Assembly: GCF_001194135.2 (NCBI RefSeq)
Contig: NC_068991.1
Span: 23,782,858-23,846,857 of the forward strand
Direction of reading: 5' to 3'
Origin: Octopus bimaculoides
Lineage: Eukaryota
DNA: 64,000 nt
The notes under the pieces were generated by a model. The model searched no databases. It was not told where the DNA came from and saw only the letters and a list, made by a program, of their open reading frames with translations. Numbering within the stretch: position 1 is the first letter of the stretch; each line of letters opens with the position of its first letter. This document shows positions 1 through 12,568 of this stretch, one piece after another. Position numbers and translations under genes: made by a program.

Positions 1-312
1 ATGATGGTACGCTTGCATTAAATGAGGATGCAAAGAAAGAGGTCTGGAGATGCCACTACGATAGATTGCTTAATAAAGAGAATGAATGGGAGAAAGAGAG
101 CCTGCCGTATGTCGACCCAATAGAGGGACCAGCTATCCGAGTTGATAGTACCAGGGTAGATAAAGCAATTGGCATTAGGAAGGGCATCCAGCTGTAGAAA
201 CTCTGCCAAATTAGACTGGAGCCTGGTGTTGCCATCCGGTTTCACCAGTCCTCAGTCAAATCGTCCAACCCATGCTAGCATGGAAAGCGGACGTTAAACG
301 ATGATGATGATG
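1..312 (+). mobile_element. RTE-type LINE remnant with internal deletion (ORF piece joined to 3' UTR, (ATG)n tail)
   Basis: KEVWRCHYDRLLNKENEW peptide, then the 3' tail shared with 1502-1736 and 53225-53460. Confidence 0.7.
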
Positions 313-359
313 ATATATATATACATATATATATATATACACACATACATACATACAAG

Positions 360-670
360 GATAGCTGTGTGAAAAAGTGCCACAGCCTAGCGGTTGAGGG
401 TACCTGTGGAAGAGGTAGACCTAGGAAGACCTGGGATGAGGTGGTGAAGCACAACCTTCGAACATTAGTGACCAAGACCATTGGAAATATGCTGTGCATG
501 AGAAGACCCAGCAAGACAAGTGAGACCATAACCCATGGCCTTTACCAGGGGTGTAGCCAGCCCACTTATGCATACCTTTCCTTCTTTGGACACAAAACCC
601 TGCTTGTGAAGACCTGTTGAGGCAAGTGAGATCGAAATCGAACCAAATTCGACGACTGGCACCCATGCCA
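360..670 (+). mobile_element. RTE LINE C-terminal/3' UTR fragment
   Basis: [20 protein letters not shown] motif. Confidence 0.7.
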
Positions 671-1501
671 ACTTTTTAACCTTATTTATTTATTTATTTA
701 TTTGACACTCCTTAAAAAGACCATTTCAATACAATGGCCCTTCTCTCTCTCTTTCACCACATCCATCTCTCTATCTGTCTGATTCTCAATCCATCTATCT
801 ATCTCTCTATCTACCTGTCTATCTATCTATCTGCTTATATATCTTCCATTGTCTCCAAAGCCGCACCCCAAAAAAACAATGTTCTGTTATAAACAAAACC
901 CCCAAAAACACCTGTTTTATATAAATAAGCAAGATCTCTGTATTTTCATAGAATTATATTTGACAAGTTCGAAAGATGAACGAAAGCGCTAATATATGTA
1001 TAAAATAAATGAAAAGTTATTCCAAAATTCTGACGACTTTTTTTTTTCAATATACATATATATATATATATATATANNNNNNNNNNNNNNNNNNNNNNNN
1101 NNNNNNNNNNNNNNNNNNNNNNNNNNNNNNNNNNNNNNNNNNNNNNNNNNNNNNNNNNNNNNNNNNNNNNNNNNNNNNNNNNNNNNNNNNNNNNNNNNNN
1201 NNNNNNNNNNNNNNNNNNNNNNNNNNNNNNNNNNNNNNNNNNNNNNNNNNNNNNNNNNNNNNNNNNNNNNNNNNNNNNNNNNNNNNNNNNNNNNNNNNNN
1301 NNNNNNNNNNNNNNNNNNNNNNNNNNNNNNNNNNNNNNNNNNNNNNNNNNNNNNNNNNNNNNNNNNNNNNNNNNNNNNNNNNNNNNNNNNNNNNNNNNNN
1401 NNNNNNNNNNNNNNNNNNNNNNNNNNNNNNNNNNNNNNNNNNNNNNNNNNNNNNNNNNNNNNNNNNNNNNNNNNNNNNNNNNNNNNNNNNNNNNNNNNNN
1501 N

Positions 1502-1736
1502 GGCACATAAAAGACACCATTTCGAGCGTGACCGTTTTCGTGCGGGTGACACGTAAAAGCACCCACTACACTCTCTGAGTGGTTGGCGTTAGGAAGGGCA
1601 TCCAGCTGTAGAAACTCTGCCAAATTAGATTGGAGCCTGGTGTTGCCATCCGGTTTCACCAGTCCTCAGTCAAATCGTCCAACCCATGCTAGCATGGAAA
1701 GCGGATGTTAAACGATGATGATGATGATGATGATGA
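1502..1736 (+). mobile_element. RTE LINE 3' tail, young copy
   Basis: Near-identical to about 170-312 and 53270-53450; (ATG)n tail. Confidence 0.7.
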
Positions 1737-1986
1737 TATATACATATATATACATACATATATATATATACATACATACATACATATACATATACATACA
1801 TATGCATATACATACATATACATATATATATACATACATATACATACATAAATACATACATACACACACACACACACACTTGAAAAATAACAATAAATGC
1901 AGATTTATATTATTTGTTCCTATGTAGATTTCACCATTGTGGTTGTTTGGAACACTGGATTGAATGTTCCAAATGTGCTGCAATGT

Positions 1987-2197
1987 AATCCTTTCTACTA
2001 TTGCCACAAGGCCTGAAAATGGGATAGGGGTTAGTCGATAATATTGACTGACCCTAGAATTCGATTGGTAGTTATTCCATTTATCCTGAAAAGATGAAAG
2101 GTAAAGCCAAGCTTGGTAGATTTTGAACACAGAACGTAAAGATGGACAAAATACCGCTAAACATTTTGCCCAGCGTGCTAATGATTCTGCCAACTTG
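1987..2197 (-). mobile_element. Short tRNA-derived SINE
   Basis: Same family as 21499-21703, 38338-38555 and 62173-62363. Confidence 0.6.
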
Positions 2198-2518
2198 GTA
2201 AACACATATTAGCCATTCAAAAGCACACAAAATTTTCATTGCACCAGTCACTGATGTAATACCATCCATGAGATGTGGTGGAATCATGTCAGTGACCAGG
2301 TCACAGTTGGTGCAACAAGAATTTTGACACCAAATAATAAATGTTTAACTGAAATTAACATTGAATGTTTTTGATTGGCTAATACACACCTTATACATAT
2401 CTTCTTTAGTTTCAACACGCTGTCTCAGACTAAATCACTTTCCTGGAAGGTACACCTCCAATGTGAGCATGTGTATGTATTATGTATGTATGTATGTATG
2501 TATATATGTATGTACATA

Positions 2519-2680
2519 CAGGCATGGCTGTGTGGTAAGAAGCTTGCTTCCCAACCACATGACTCCAAGTTCAGTTCCATGGCACCTTGAGCAAGTGTCT
2601 TCTCTTCTATTATAGCCTTGGGCCAACCAAAGTCTTGTGAGTGGATTTGGCAGATAGAACCTGAAAAATGCTTGTCTTAA
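2519..2680 (+). mobile_element. tRNA-derived SINE 5' part
   Basis: Homologous to the head of 31789-32199. Confidence 0.6.
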
Positions 2681-3040
2681 TATATATATAGGAGGACCAT
2701 GTTAATACATAGAGGATTTGATCAGAATGCCATTTACTTCCTCTTCAATCCTTGGATCTTACATTCATATACTCGTATATAAGATTCAGTTGAATTAAGC
2801 ATTTAAATTGAGGCACCAAGCCAGTTTGGTATAGTCCATACAGCTCTAAGTTAGGTGAACAGAATGTAGATAATTAACAAGGATGTCCTGGTATCAATAC
2901 GTTACAGCCGTTTCGAGTGACTCCATTTAATCGACCAATAAAAACATTACATCAATTTGAAAGAAATCACTCTCCTCAGATGTAGATGACCATATAGATT
3001 TCCAACATAAAGGATAAATCCTTTTTAACGAATTTATATC

Positions 3041-3176
3041 AATACCAGAAACCAAAATAATTACATTATTTCCTCATGTTATATTTGTGGTAGAATGCCA
3101 CAAATATAACCTAGGGAAACAATGTAATTATTTTGGTTTCTGGTATTACATTGTTTCCTTATGTTATATTTGTGGC
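3041..3176. repeat. 51-bp-stem inverted repeat plus a third direct partial copy
   Basis: 3041-3091 vs 3097-3147, 5 mismatches, 5-nt loop. Confidence 0.85.
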
Positions 3177-3360
3177 ACAGGACAATCACCGAGGAAGAGA
3201 AATAACCCAGAAATCATTAGTCTACAGGTATTGCTAAGTCTACAAACAGACCAATAAACGCCCTTGCTCATAGTATACAGACACAGATGTTTTTCTGGGG
3301 CTAAAATGTAGTAACATTGACCTGTGAAGGACTGTCGCATTGTTTTTGGCAATTAGACTT

Positions 3361-3362
<2 letters not shown>

Positions 3363-3404
<42 letters not shown>
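3363..3404. repeat. (TA)n microsatellite
   Basis: Seen directly; similar tracts flank most assembly gaps. Confidence 0.95.
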
Positions 3405-3407
<3 letters not shown>

Positions 3408-3409
<2 letters not shown>

Positions 3410-4964
3410 AGCAGAAGAACCCGGTCTCACTTGGATTATAGACTTGTAGCCTTAACACAGTACTCTTTGCCTGTAGTGTAAAATAGTGTAATACTTACTT
3501 TTAACACTCAATGGTTTTATACATCTGTACATTACATGCGCATGTTATTCATGTAAGTGCTTCTTCATGTACTCTGTTTTCTGTCTTGCTATGTTTTGCA
3601 TCGAGATTGTAGAGGCTCTTTCCATTTCTGACTCTGGAACATTCAACATACAGCTGACCATGTGAGAAGCATGATTGAAGGAGATTAAGTCCTACCACCA
3701 CTAGAGATTGATCTTGTACTTTGTTGACAGACATTGCAAACTCAGTTTGATAGGAAACAGCAGTCTCTTGAACTGATAGGGAAGATGATTTGAGATGAGA
3801 AGGATCCTTGGAATGAAAACATTTTCACACATCATGTTACCTGTAATTATTGCTGCTGTAATTATTATTTCCTGGAGTCAGGTGGAATTTCAAGTGCAGT
3901 TTTGAAGCTTTTGATCAGGTTGTTGTGCAGCATCTTTTGCAGAAACACCACAATGTTCATCCTGATGCCAGAAATGTTCTTGCACACCTTTTGCCCTTCT
4001 TGTTGAGAATCACTCATAAAGTATATTTGTAGGAATTTTAGTGACTCATTTGACAGAGGTAATACAGAGCCAGTATGATGATAAATCTGTCCTTGGATCT
4101 TGAAAGTTTACATGAATCCTGGCTTGGCTCAGTTATTTTTCTTGTGGATCCAAATGATGTGATCTGTAGTGCAGTGTTGTATTATCAAATTTTGTTTTGG
4201 AAATGCTTAGAACCTTGGTCAGTTGATGACAATAGTTTCTTCAATGGCTCTGGAGGTTGGGGCATTGCAGGGAGTTTAACCTTTCCACCACAGCAGCACA
4301 GCCCAGGTGTCTCTCTAGGTCACTTCCTTGTATTACAGTGTATGCCCTCAGTTGTCATTGCACCAATGGAAACTTTAGTGTCATCTGCACAATTAACTGC
4401 TGGGTCATTGTTGAAAGCTGCTTCATAGAAATTGCTTCTCTGAGCTGTTGTAACTGCTCTTCCTTCTGCAGTGGAGATCCTATTCCTTGTTAGGTGTGCA
4501 TACCTCTGTTCAGTATTTTGAGATGCTCAGGCAGTACCAGTACGCGACTGGGTTTTTTTTACACACCACTCTTTTCTCATCATTCTTAGATGCTCTGGCT
4601 CCTATAGTGCAGTCTTGTATCTTTCTTGGTGTGCTTCCCTTTTTTCAGCTGTCTCTCTTTTTCTTGACAGAAACATTCTTTTAGCTGACCTTGACACAGG
4701 ACATAAATTTGACACCTCCCTTCTAGGCATGGCTATTTACTGATACACAAATACACTGGTACAGAAGATTGTAAACAATGAAAGTAGCTGTAATAATATG
4801 TTTGGAATGCTAGACAGAATGAAGAGAGAATAATAGAGTAAAAGATAGAAAGAGAGGAAGTATAGTGAGAAGTTAGATAAGGAACTTGCCTCCCAAATAT
4901 TAAAACTAGATATTTGTAAAATCGAAAGAAGTTGAGTTATTGATAGAGTGAGGAAGGGTGGGAG

Positions 4965-5016
<52 letters not shown>

Positions 5017-5279
5017 TAAGGAAGAGGAGTGAGAGAGAGTGAAGAAGGAAGAGGAGTGAGGGAAAGTACATTTAGTGAAGAAGTAAATCTTATACATGTA
5101 AAGCAATATTATTTATTTAAAAAAAAAAAAAATTAAGACCATATCATTGTGTCTCAGGTCAAATTATTCCTGTACCCCAAGTATGGTACTAATTCATGCA
5201 ACTATTTTTGCATGAAATACGAACACACACATAGCTAGATAGTTACATAGATAGATAAATAGATAGATGGATAGATAGA
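3408..5279 (-). mobile_element. Internally deleted Helitron (Rep/Hel N-terminus fused to helicase C-terminus)
   Basis: MPRREVSNL start at 4730; PRETPGLCCCGGKVKLP; FLQIYF; FPIKLSFAMSVNKVQDQSL..CFSHGQLYVECSRV; TC 5' end within (GATA)n; degenerate hairpin plus CTTG 3' end. Confidence 0.75.
4970..5012. repeat. (GA)n microsatellite
   Basis: Seen directly. Confidence 0.95.
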
Positions 5280-5289
5280 TAATTGTGGC

Positions 5290-7892
5290 AAGAGTATGAT
5301 GTCCTCTGGCGAGAATAGACAGGACTACTACATACGAATAGTAGCGATCAGATGTAGTCAGGCAGTTCATAATTTAGCTTTAGTGAATTCAGCTCGCAAA
5401 TTGTTACAGACTGGACCACCTGAACGTCCCAGTGTGGACCTGAACTAATGGTGATAGGTCGTGACGGTCTTATCTAGACAGAATAGTGGTAAGGACCAGA
5501 GCTAAGTCAAGTTTTAGCTGTCCACAGTTCTTTCTGGTTCCCTACACAGATCACAAATTAGTGATGTGCAGGGTAATCATAGATGGAGTACATAGACAGG
5601 GACCTGGTTTTTGGAAGCTGAACCAGGCTATTTTGGCTTGTGAGGTATACCTTAACCGGATTAAGGAGTTAGTTCAGAGAGCTTTAACTGGCACTGTGTT
5701 GAATAACTGGTGGTGGTTGACCCTCAAATGAGCCATGCATTTTGAGTCAATTAGGTTTAGTCGCCAGCTAAGTATAGATAAAGCTAGAATAGAGGGCAAT
5801 CTACTTAAGGACTTAGAAGAGGCGTTGAGGTCAGGCTCTGCATACCAAGTTGGGGCAGCAAGATCGGCCTTGGACCGATACCTCAAAGCCAAACACAAGG
5901 GATGTAGAATTCAGGCAAAAGTACGTGCATTGGGGGCATGGGGGAACCAAAATTGCTGGATGGGCCTGTACGGTAGAGACCCAGCACGGCAATGATTCTA
6001 TAATTAGGTCTTTGGTTAATGAACAAGAGTGCTTGGTCGAAGGACAGGACAAGATGAGTGAGGCCTTTAACGAGAGTTTTGCTCAGTTGTTCAGGAGGGG
6101 TAGGATGCTAGAGCATGGTGAGTCTGTTCAGGATTTCCTGGAGGGTGGCCCGCATATCTCAGCATGAGAAGCTGAGTGCTGAGAAGGGCCAATCGCAGCC
6201 AAGGAGGTCATTGAAGTACTTTCCGAGTGCCCCGGAGAAACATCGCCAGGACTTGATGGTCTGCCCTATGAGTTTTATAAAAGTATGCCAGATTCATTCA
6301 AGCAGCTACTGGTCTGAGTCTATGCCAACTGGCAGCAGAATGGGAGCATTCTCAAATCTGTGAGCCGGTGGATAGTGACTCTGATCAGAAAGGACCCGAA
6401 AAAGGGGGACATTATTAGTGATTTTAGGCCCATAACTTTGTTAAATACAGAGTTAAAGATTTTGGCCAAGGTGTTAGCAAAGAGGTTGGCACAGATCATG
6501 GGCAACCTTGTTGGGGAGACACAAACTTGCACCATTCCTGGCAGGTTGATTCACAACAATCTTCACCTCATAGGCTGTACCATAGAGAGGCTTGGTAATA
6601 TTACTGGCAAAGGTGGGGCACTGGTGTATTTAGACCAGTCTAAAGCTTTTGATAGGATCAACCATTGATACATGGCATAGTTCTCAGGACAGCCGGGCTA
6701 GGCCCGACTTTCCGAAGCTGGATCACTGCCATGTACAGCAACATCGAGTTTATTGTTGGAGTGAATAGTTTCCTTTTGAAACCATTTGAGATAAAGCACT
6801 CTGTTTGCCAGGAATGTCCCCTGTCTTCACTTTTGTATGTGCTGGCTCTTGAGTCATTGCTGCAAAGGTTGGAGGCTATAGGGGGCAACCCGCGTGATCT
6901 GAGTGGAGGGAAGATGGTGACCGCATATGCAGATGACACATCATTGTGTCAGATGAAGGGCAGCTACCTCATATAGAAAATTCCATCAAAAGATATGAAG
7001 CGGTGGCAGGAGCAAGAATTAATCAGGATAAGTCAGTCAGCTTACAACTTGGCACCTGGAGGGTCAAGTCGATGTTGTCTGATAACGTTGTGGGACGTTG
7101 GACAGAAGGTCCTGCTAGGCTTCTATGGGTCTGGTTTGGTCCAGACCACCAGATGGAGAAGAATTGGGGTGAGGTAACAAGCAAGGTAACTGCCCTAACC
7201 CAGATCTGGTCTGGAAGGGTGTTATCACTGCTAGGAAGTGTGGAGGTAAAGCGGGTATTTATTGCATCCATTATCACCTACTATCTGACTGTTGTGCTTT
7301 GTCCTGACTCGTGGCTAAGCAAGTTGGAGAGACTCCTCTTTCGCTTTTTGTGGAAGAGGAAGCCACTTGTAAGGCACTCTATCTGCTGCCAAAAACTGTT
7401 AAAGGGTGGACTAGGGATACTGTGGCTGAGGATGCATAAATTTGCATTGAGGCTTAGGCATCTCTGGCGTCACCTGGATGGTGAGCAGGTGGGGTCACTG
7501 CTCATGAAGTTCTTCCTTCCACAGTTGACCTCCCTTTAGGATTTAGGTCCTTCAGTCAGGTGAAGACCTAGGCTGGGTGCTTGGCAAATGGAGTGTTGAC
7601 AGGCACTCACGCTTCTCTCCCAGCTGGGCAACGCCAGCAACTGGAGTTCCACCGCAGACTTAATAAATGAGTTAGTGGAGCATATGACAGACGATGTCCT
7701 GGGGGAGATTCTAGGCTTCGATGGAAATCAGTTGGTCAATCTGTTTGGAAGGACTTTTGGGCTAGAGTACCTGGATAATTACCAGAAATCCTTGGTCTGG
7801 TTGTGTTACCGATCAGCCTTACTTGTTCTATATTTTGTCTGTCTTTGTACTGTCCCCTCTTCGTTATGCCCAGTGTGACAAATAAAGAAAAA
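5290..7892 (+). mobile_element. 5'-truncated, decayed Tx1/L1-clade LINE (APE C-terminus + RT)
   Basis: SYLDRI, DHKLV, GPGFWKLN, PGLDGLPYEFY, FRPITLLNTELKILAKVLAKRL, LDQSKAFDRI, CPLSSLLYVLALE, AYADD; frameshifts and stops; AATAAA plus A-rich end near 7885. Confidence 0.85.
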
Positions 7893-8137
7893 GTTCATAG
7901 TTTGGACTTCAAAGCCCAGGTACAGTTTTCAGTTCAAGTTTCATTGTGTGTTTATTACTGCTGCTGTTTCTATTTTGTATTGTTATAACACTGTTACAGT
8001 GTATTTTTCATCTATCATCAACAATATCAATGATACTATGATATTGGAGGAGTAAGGATATGACATCTGACAACAAGGATTTTTCGAAGCTCATATAGGT
8101 TATTTGACAATTTGTGCATCATCCAAATTGTTAAATT

Positions 8138-8750
8138 ATGGAGAACCTATTAGCTGCAGTAATACAGCTTCAAGAGAAGCAACAGGAACAACTACAGGAG
8201 TTGAAGAAGAAAATATTATAACAACAACAGTTAATTGAATTACAGTCAAGGGAGTCCAAAAATTTGATAAGTTTATTTACACCAGACAGCGTGGTGAACT
8301 TGATTTCTATATTCACTTATAATCTGGAGCAGGGTATTACATTTCCTGCATACTATAGGAGGTACGAGGAAATTTTTAACAAAGATCAGATGAGGAGAAA
8401 GTGAGGCTATTACTACACAAGGTAGCTCCTGCTGTGCATGAATGCTACTGTAACTTAATATTGCCCAAAATGTCAAGTAAGATGTGTTTCCAAAAAGTCT
8501 ATTGAATTATTATCAAAGATCTTTTGTGACAAAAGTTCAATATTTAACACTCAAATGGAGTGTTGGAACTTAACAAAAGATGATGATGATCACTTTATTA
8601 CATACGCTGGAGTAGTCAACCATATGTGTGAAAATTTAAAACTTTAGGAACTCACTCAGGATATGTTTAAATCCCTTATCTTCATACAAGGCCTTACGGC
8701 AACTGAAGATAGAAAAATTCAGGCAAGGATTCTCTCAAAAATGAAGCAAA
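8138..8750 (+). mobile_element. Ty3/Gypsy gag-like remnant
   Basis: MENLL..QEKQQEQL, FTYNLEQGITFPAYYRRYEEIF, EKVRLLL, SLIFIQGL with stops and frameshifts. Confidence 0.65.
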
Positions 8751-8789
8751 CAAATATTCATCAACAGCGTATTGTATACATAACAGCAT

Positions 8790-9300
8790 ATTGTATATAT
8801 ACATGTGTGTGTGTGTAGCTAGCCTCAGTTGCTATGTCAGACATACATGTGTGTCTAGCTACCGCAGTTGCTATGACAGTACCAGAAGTTGACATTGAAA
8901 AACTTTTTTAAAGAAGTTCATCTTATATAAAACAAAGTTATTTATTTTTAATAAAAAAATAAATCAAGACCATATTATTGTATTCCAGGTCAAATTATTC
9001 ATGCACCCCAAGTATGAAATCAGTTTGTGCAGTCGTTTTCATGTAAAAAGTGAACACAACTCCTGCTAAATCAAAGCTTCATACTTGCTGTGCCAGCCCA
9101 TCTAAGTCAAGACATACAACTTCACTCACTCTATCTCTCTTTCTTACCCTCTTTCTCTCTCACATACACACCCACACCCACACACATCCATTTCATATAT
9201 CTTTCAATTTCTGCTCTCTGCAAATAACATTTTTACGGATAAGAGTGTTTACAAAAATTGCGATTAATGTATAATTTCTTTCTATGTCCATAATTAAATA
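8790..9300 (-). repeat. Non-autonomous repeat sharing a subterminal segment with the Helitron 5' region
   Basis: 8966-9040 resembles 5135-5215 (aagaccata..caggtcaaattattc..accccaagtatg). Confidence 0.4.
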
Positions 9301-10213
9301 AATCTTTTAATGATTNNNNNNNNNNNNNNNNNNNNNNNNNNNNNNNNNNNNNNNNNNNNNNNNNNNNNNNNNNNNNNNNNNNNNNNNNNNNNNNNNNNNN
9401 NNNNNNNNNNNNNNNNNNNNNNNNNNNNNNNNNNNNNNNNNNNNNNNNNNNNNNNNNNNNNNNNNNNNNNNNNNNNNNNNNNNNNNNNNNNNNNNNNNNN
9501 NNNNNNNNNNNNNNNNNNNNNNNNNNNNNNNNNNNNNNNNNNNNNNNNNNNNNNNNNNNNNNNNNNNNNNNNNNNNNNNNNNNNNNNNNNNNNNNNNNNN
9601 NNNNNNNNNNNNNNNNNNNNNNNNNNNNATATATATATGTAAAATATGAGAAAAAGAAAATGGAATGAGATTCATGAGATTCTTTATTGCTAACTACGAT
9701 CGTTTCAACCCATTATGCACTGATGCCTTGTGGGTGACATGTTGTACAAACAGTTGTGGGGTATTGTAGGTGTAGATGTGTCTCATCAGGTGACATGTCA
9801 GAAGGCACCTCTTTTTTTAATCTCTGTTTCACTTATTTCTATTAGAATATATTTTGGTAGTTGTACTGTGTTACTTGGCTACATGGAGAACTGGTTTATA
9901 ATGTAGAATTCTTCTCATATAAGCAAGAAATAAGGTGACTTAAAAAGAATAAAAAAATATAAATTCTATCACCTGCAAGGCACTGGTGAAAGTGGGCTGA
10001 GATGATTATAATGAATAATAAAGAATCTTGTGAATTTCATTTTCTTTCTCTCGTGTTTTATAAACTCCACAGATATGAAGTAATTCCTGAAGTAAATCCT
10101 GTGACATTATATCTGTACTGTTGTTGACACCAGGTAGTTGAATACTGTGAATGGGTTTTAAACGGCATACTATAAGGTGTATACCTGAATATAAAAATTA
10201 TTACTTATATATA

Positions 10214-11820
10214 CAGTATTTCACAGAAGTATGTACACCCCTAAATTTTTTTAGTAAAATTGCCATTACTCTGATAATATTGAAGGAAATCAAATGAAAT
10301 GTATACTAAAAATATATTATATGTGCAAACAATATACAAATTTGGAACACAAAACAATGAACATTTTCAAAGATATGAACGAAATATTTATTTTCAAATG
10401 ATACAAAAATATGTACATCCTAAAAGAAATTTGCTATATTCAATATTTTATCCACTTTTTTTTACTAAATTCAGACATTGCTGATAATTTCAATTCTAAT
10501 AAATTATTTGTCTGAGCATTTTTGCACTGGTCATTATTATTGCATCTGCAGGAATTCTGATTTATATACTGTGGTGAAAATCTTCTTTGTGATTAAAATG
10601 GCACCAAAAGGAAAAGAATTGTCTGAAGATTTTAAGGAAATTATTTTTAATTTGCACAAGAATGGTTTAGGATACAAATTAATTAGCAAACAAATACATA
10701 TTAGCGTAAACACAGTTGCCAAAATAATTCAGAAGTACAAAGCTTAGCAATAAATATCATCCACGTCATCCTTTTATTTTAACTGTGTGTGATATTCACC
10801 ACATCCAACGTTGTGTGATGGATGACAGGCGTCATATTGCTTCATCTTTGGCCCAAGAAGTGTCTTCTTTTAGTGGAAAGAGTGTATCTTCCCAAACAGA
10901 TTGCCGAAGTTTCAACCAATGTGGTCTTCATGGATGCATTCCTCGTAAAAAGCCTCTCCTAACTGCCAGGCATAAATCAAGTCATCTTTCTTTTGCCGAA
11001 ACCTATGTGAGTAAGGGGAAGGAGTTTGGGAAAAAATTTCTTTTTTTCTGACAAGACTAAAATCAACTTGTTTGGGTCAGATGGTATTAAACGAGTATGG
11101 CGACAACCAGGTGAAGATAATAGCGACAAATGCACTGTGCCTACTGTGAAACATGGTGGCGGAAGTGTTATGCTTTGGGGATACATGAGTGCAACTGGTA
11201 TGGACTCACATTTATTGAGAGAACAATGGATTCAAGGCTTTATCGTGACATATTGCAGAAAACAATGTCGAAAAGTATCAAGGAACTAGGAAGACATTCC
11301 ATGTTCCAACATGATAATGACCTTAAACATACTTCAAAGATGACGACTAAGTTTTTATCAGATAAAAAGGTAAAGGTATTGTCTTGGCCAACCATCTCAC
11401 CTGATTTAAAACCAATAGAACATCTGTGGGGTGTTTTGGAAAGGAAGGTTGAGGAGAAAAAAACCTCACAATGTAACACAGTTGAAAGACATCATTCAGG
11501 ATCAATGGAGGTTGATTTCATTGGTTATATGTGGAAATTTAGTCAACTTAATGCAGTCATTGAAAGCAAGGGCGGTCACGCCAAATGCTGAATATAGCAA
11601 ATAATCCTTTAGGGTGTACATATTTTTGTATCGTTTGAAAATTAATATTTAGTTCATATCTTTTTGAAAATGTTTATTGTTTTGTGTTCCAAATTTGTAT
11701 AATATTTGTATGTATAATATATTTTATTCAGTATAAATTTTGTTTGATTTCCTTCAATATTATCAGAGTAATGGCAATTTTACTGAAATTTTTTAGGGGT
11801 GTACATACTTCTGTGAGATA

Positions 11821-11823
<3 letters not shown>
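10214..11823 (+). mobile_element. Full-length but inactivated Tc1 (DD34E), IR/DR-type with about 210-bp TIRs and TA TSD
   Basis: TIRs 10214-10424 and 11608-11823; transposase 10598-11591 (MAPKGKELSED, TVKHGGGSVMLWG, FQHDND, SPDLKPIEHLW) broken by stops and frameshifts. Confidence 0.9.
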
Positions 11824-11857
<34 letters not shown>

Positions 11858-11992
11858 TTATGAAGGGTATTGGAGTCAACCAAACCCTAAAGATACAGGT
11901 AATACCAAGTAAGTGCTGTATACCGGCTAGTTCTGCCCCTGTCGTTGTATCAACAGGAGTGGGGAATATAACATAGGTCGTGTATTAGCGTG

Positions 11993-12299
11993 TGTATGTA
12001 TAAAGAAAGAAAAAGATAAAGAGACCAATGGCAAAGTTAGAAGTTAGAATTATATTTTATGGATAAAGTTTTACAGCTGTTTCAGGGAAAACCCAATGTA
12101 TCCCTTCATCGGAGACGGTAATAGTAGAAGAAAGAGGAAATTTGTAGTAAGAAGTAAGAGCGATGCGAAGAAAAAAGAACAAAGAAGAAACAGTACTTGG
12201 AGTGTAGCTCCATTCCAGCAGTAAACATCCATGTAAAGAATCCTTGTGGGTATTTTCTGGAGATAATTGCCATTGGTCTCTTTATCCTTTTCTTTCTTT

Positions 12300-12308
<9 letters not shown>
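11993..12308. repeat. 42-bp inverted repeat, 232-bp spacer
   Basis: 11993-12034 vs 12267-12308, 41/42 identical. Confidence 0.9.
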
Positions 12309-12349
<41 letters not shown>

Positions 12350-12517
12350 GTATGTATATAAATCATGAATTATTACTTTCAAACTTTTATTTCTTTCTGA
12401 GACTTGTTAAAAAAAAGTTCAAGGACACACAAAAGAATAATTTAAGGAAGATACAAATAAATGATGAGAAACATGATGTACATATAAGGAAATGCTTTCC
12501 ACGAAATATCACTTCAT

Positions 12518-12568
12518 CTACCAGTCATCCAAGAAGTCGTATCCAGAGCGAGGTATGTTGGAATCACG
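12518..12568 (-). CDS. C1orf198: C1orf198 last coding exon (RDSNIPRSGYDFLDDW*)
   Basis: ttttataattgtag| acceptor; conserved C-terminal motif; TAG stop. Confidence 0.88.
   Translation of the reverse strand, partial: RDSNIPRSGYDFLDDW

Noticed and set aside
946-1659. Long ORFs spanning N-runs (also 9307-9675, 17164-17647, 28658-29044, 34991-35539)
   Set aside because: Artefacts of translating assembly gaps at 1077-1501, 9316-9628, 17291-17599, 28734-29013, 31211-31273 and 35136-35500.
1670-2205. ORFs rich in YIYI, CVCV or HHHH
   Set aside because: Translations of (TA)n, (CA)n and (ATG)n microsatellites.
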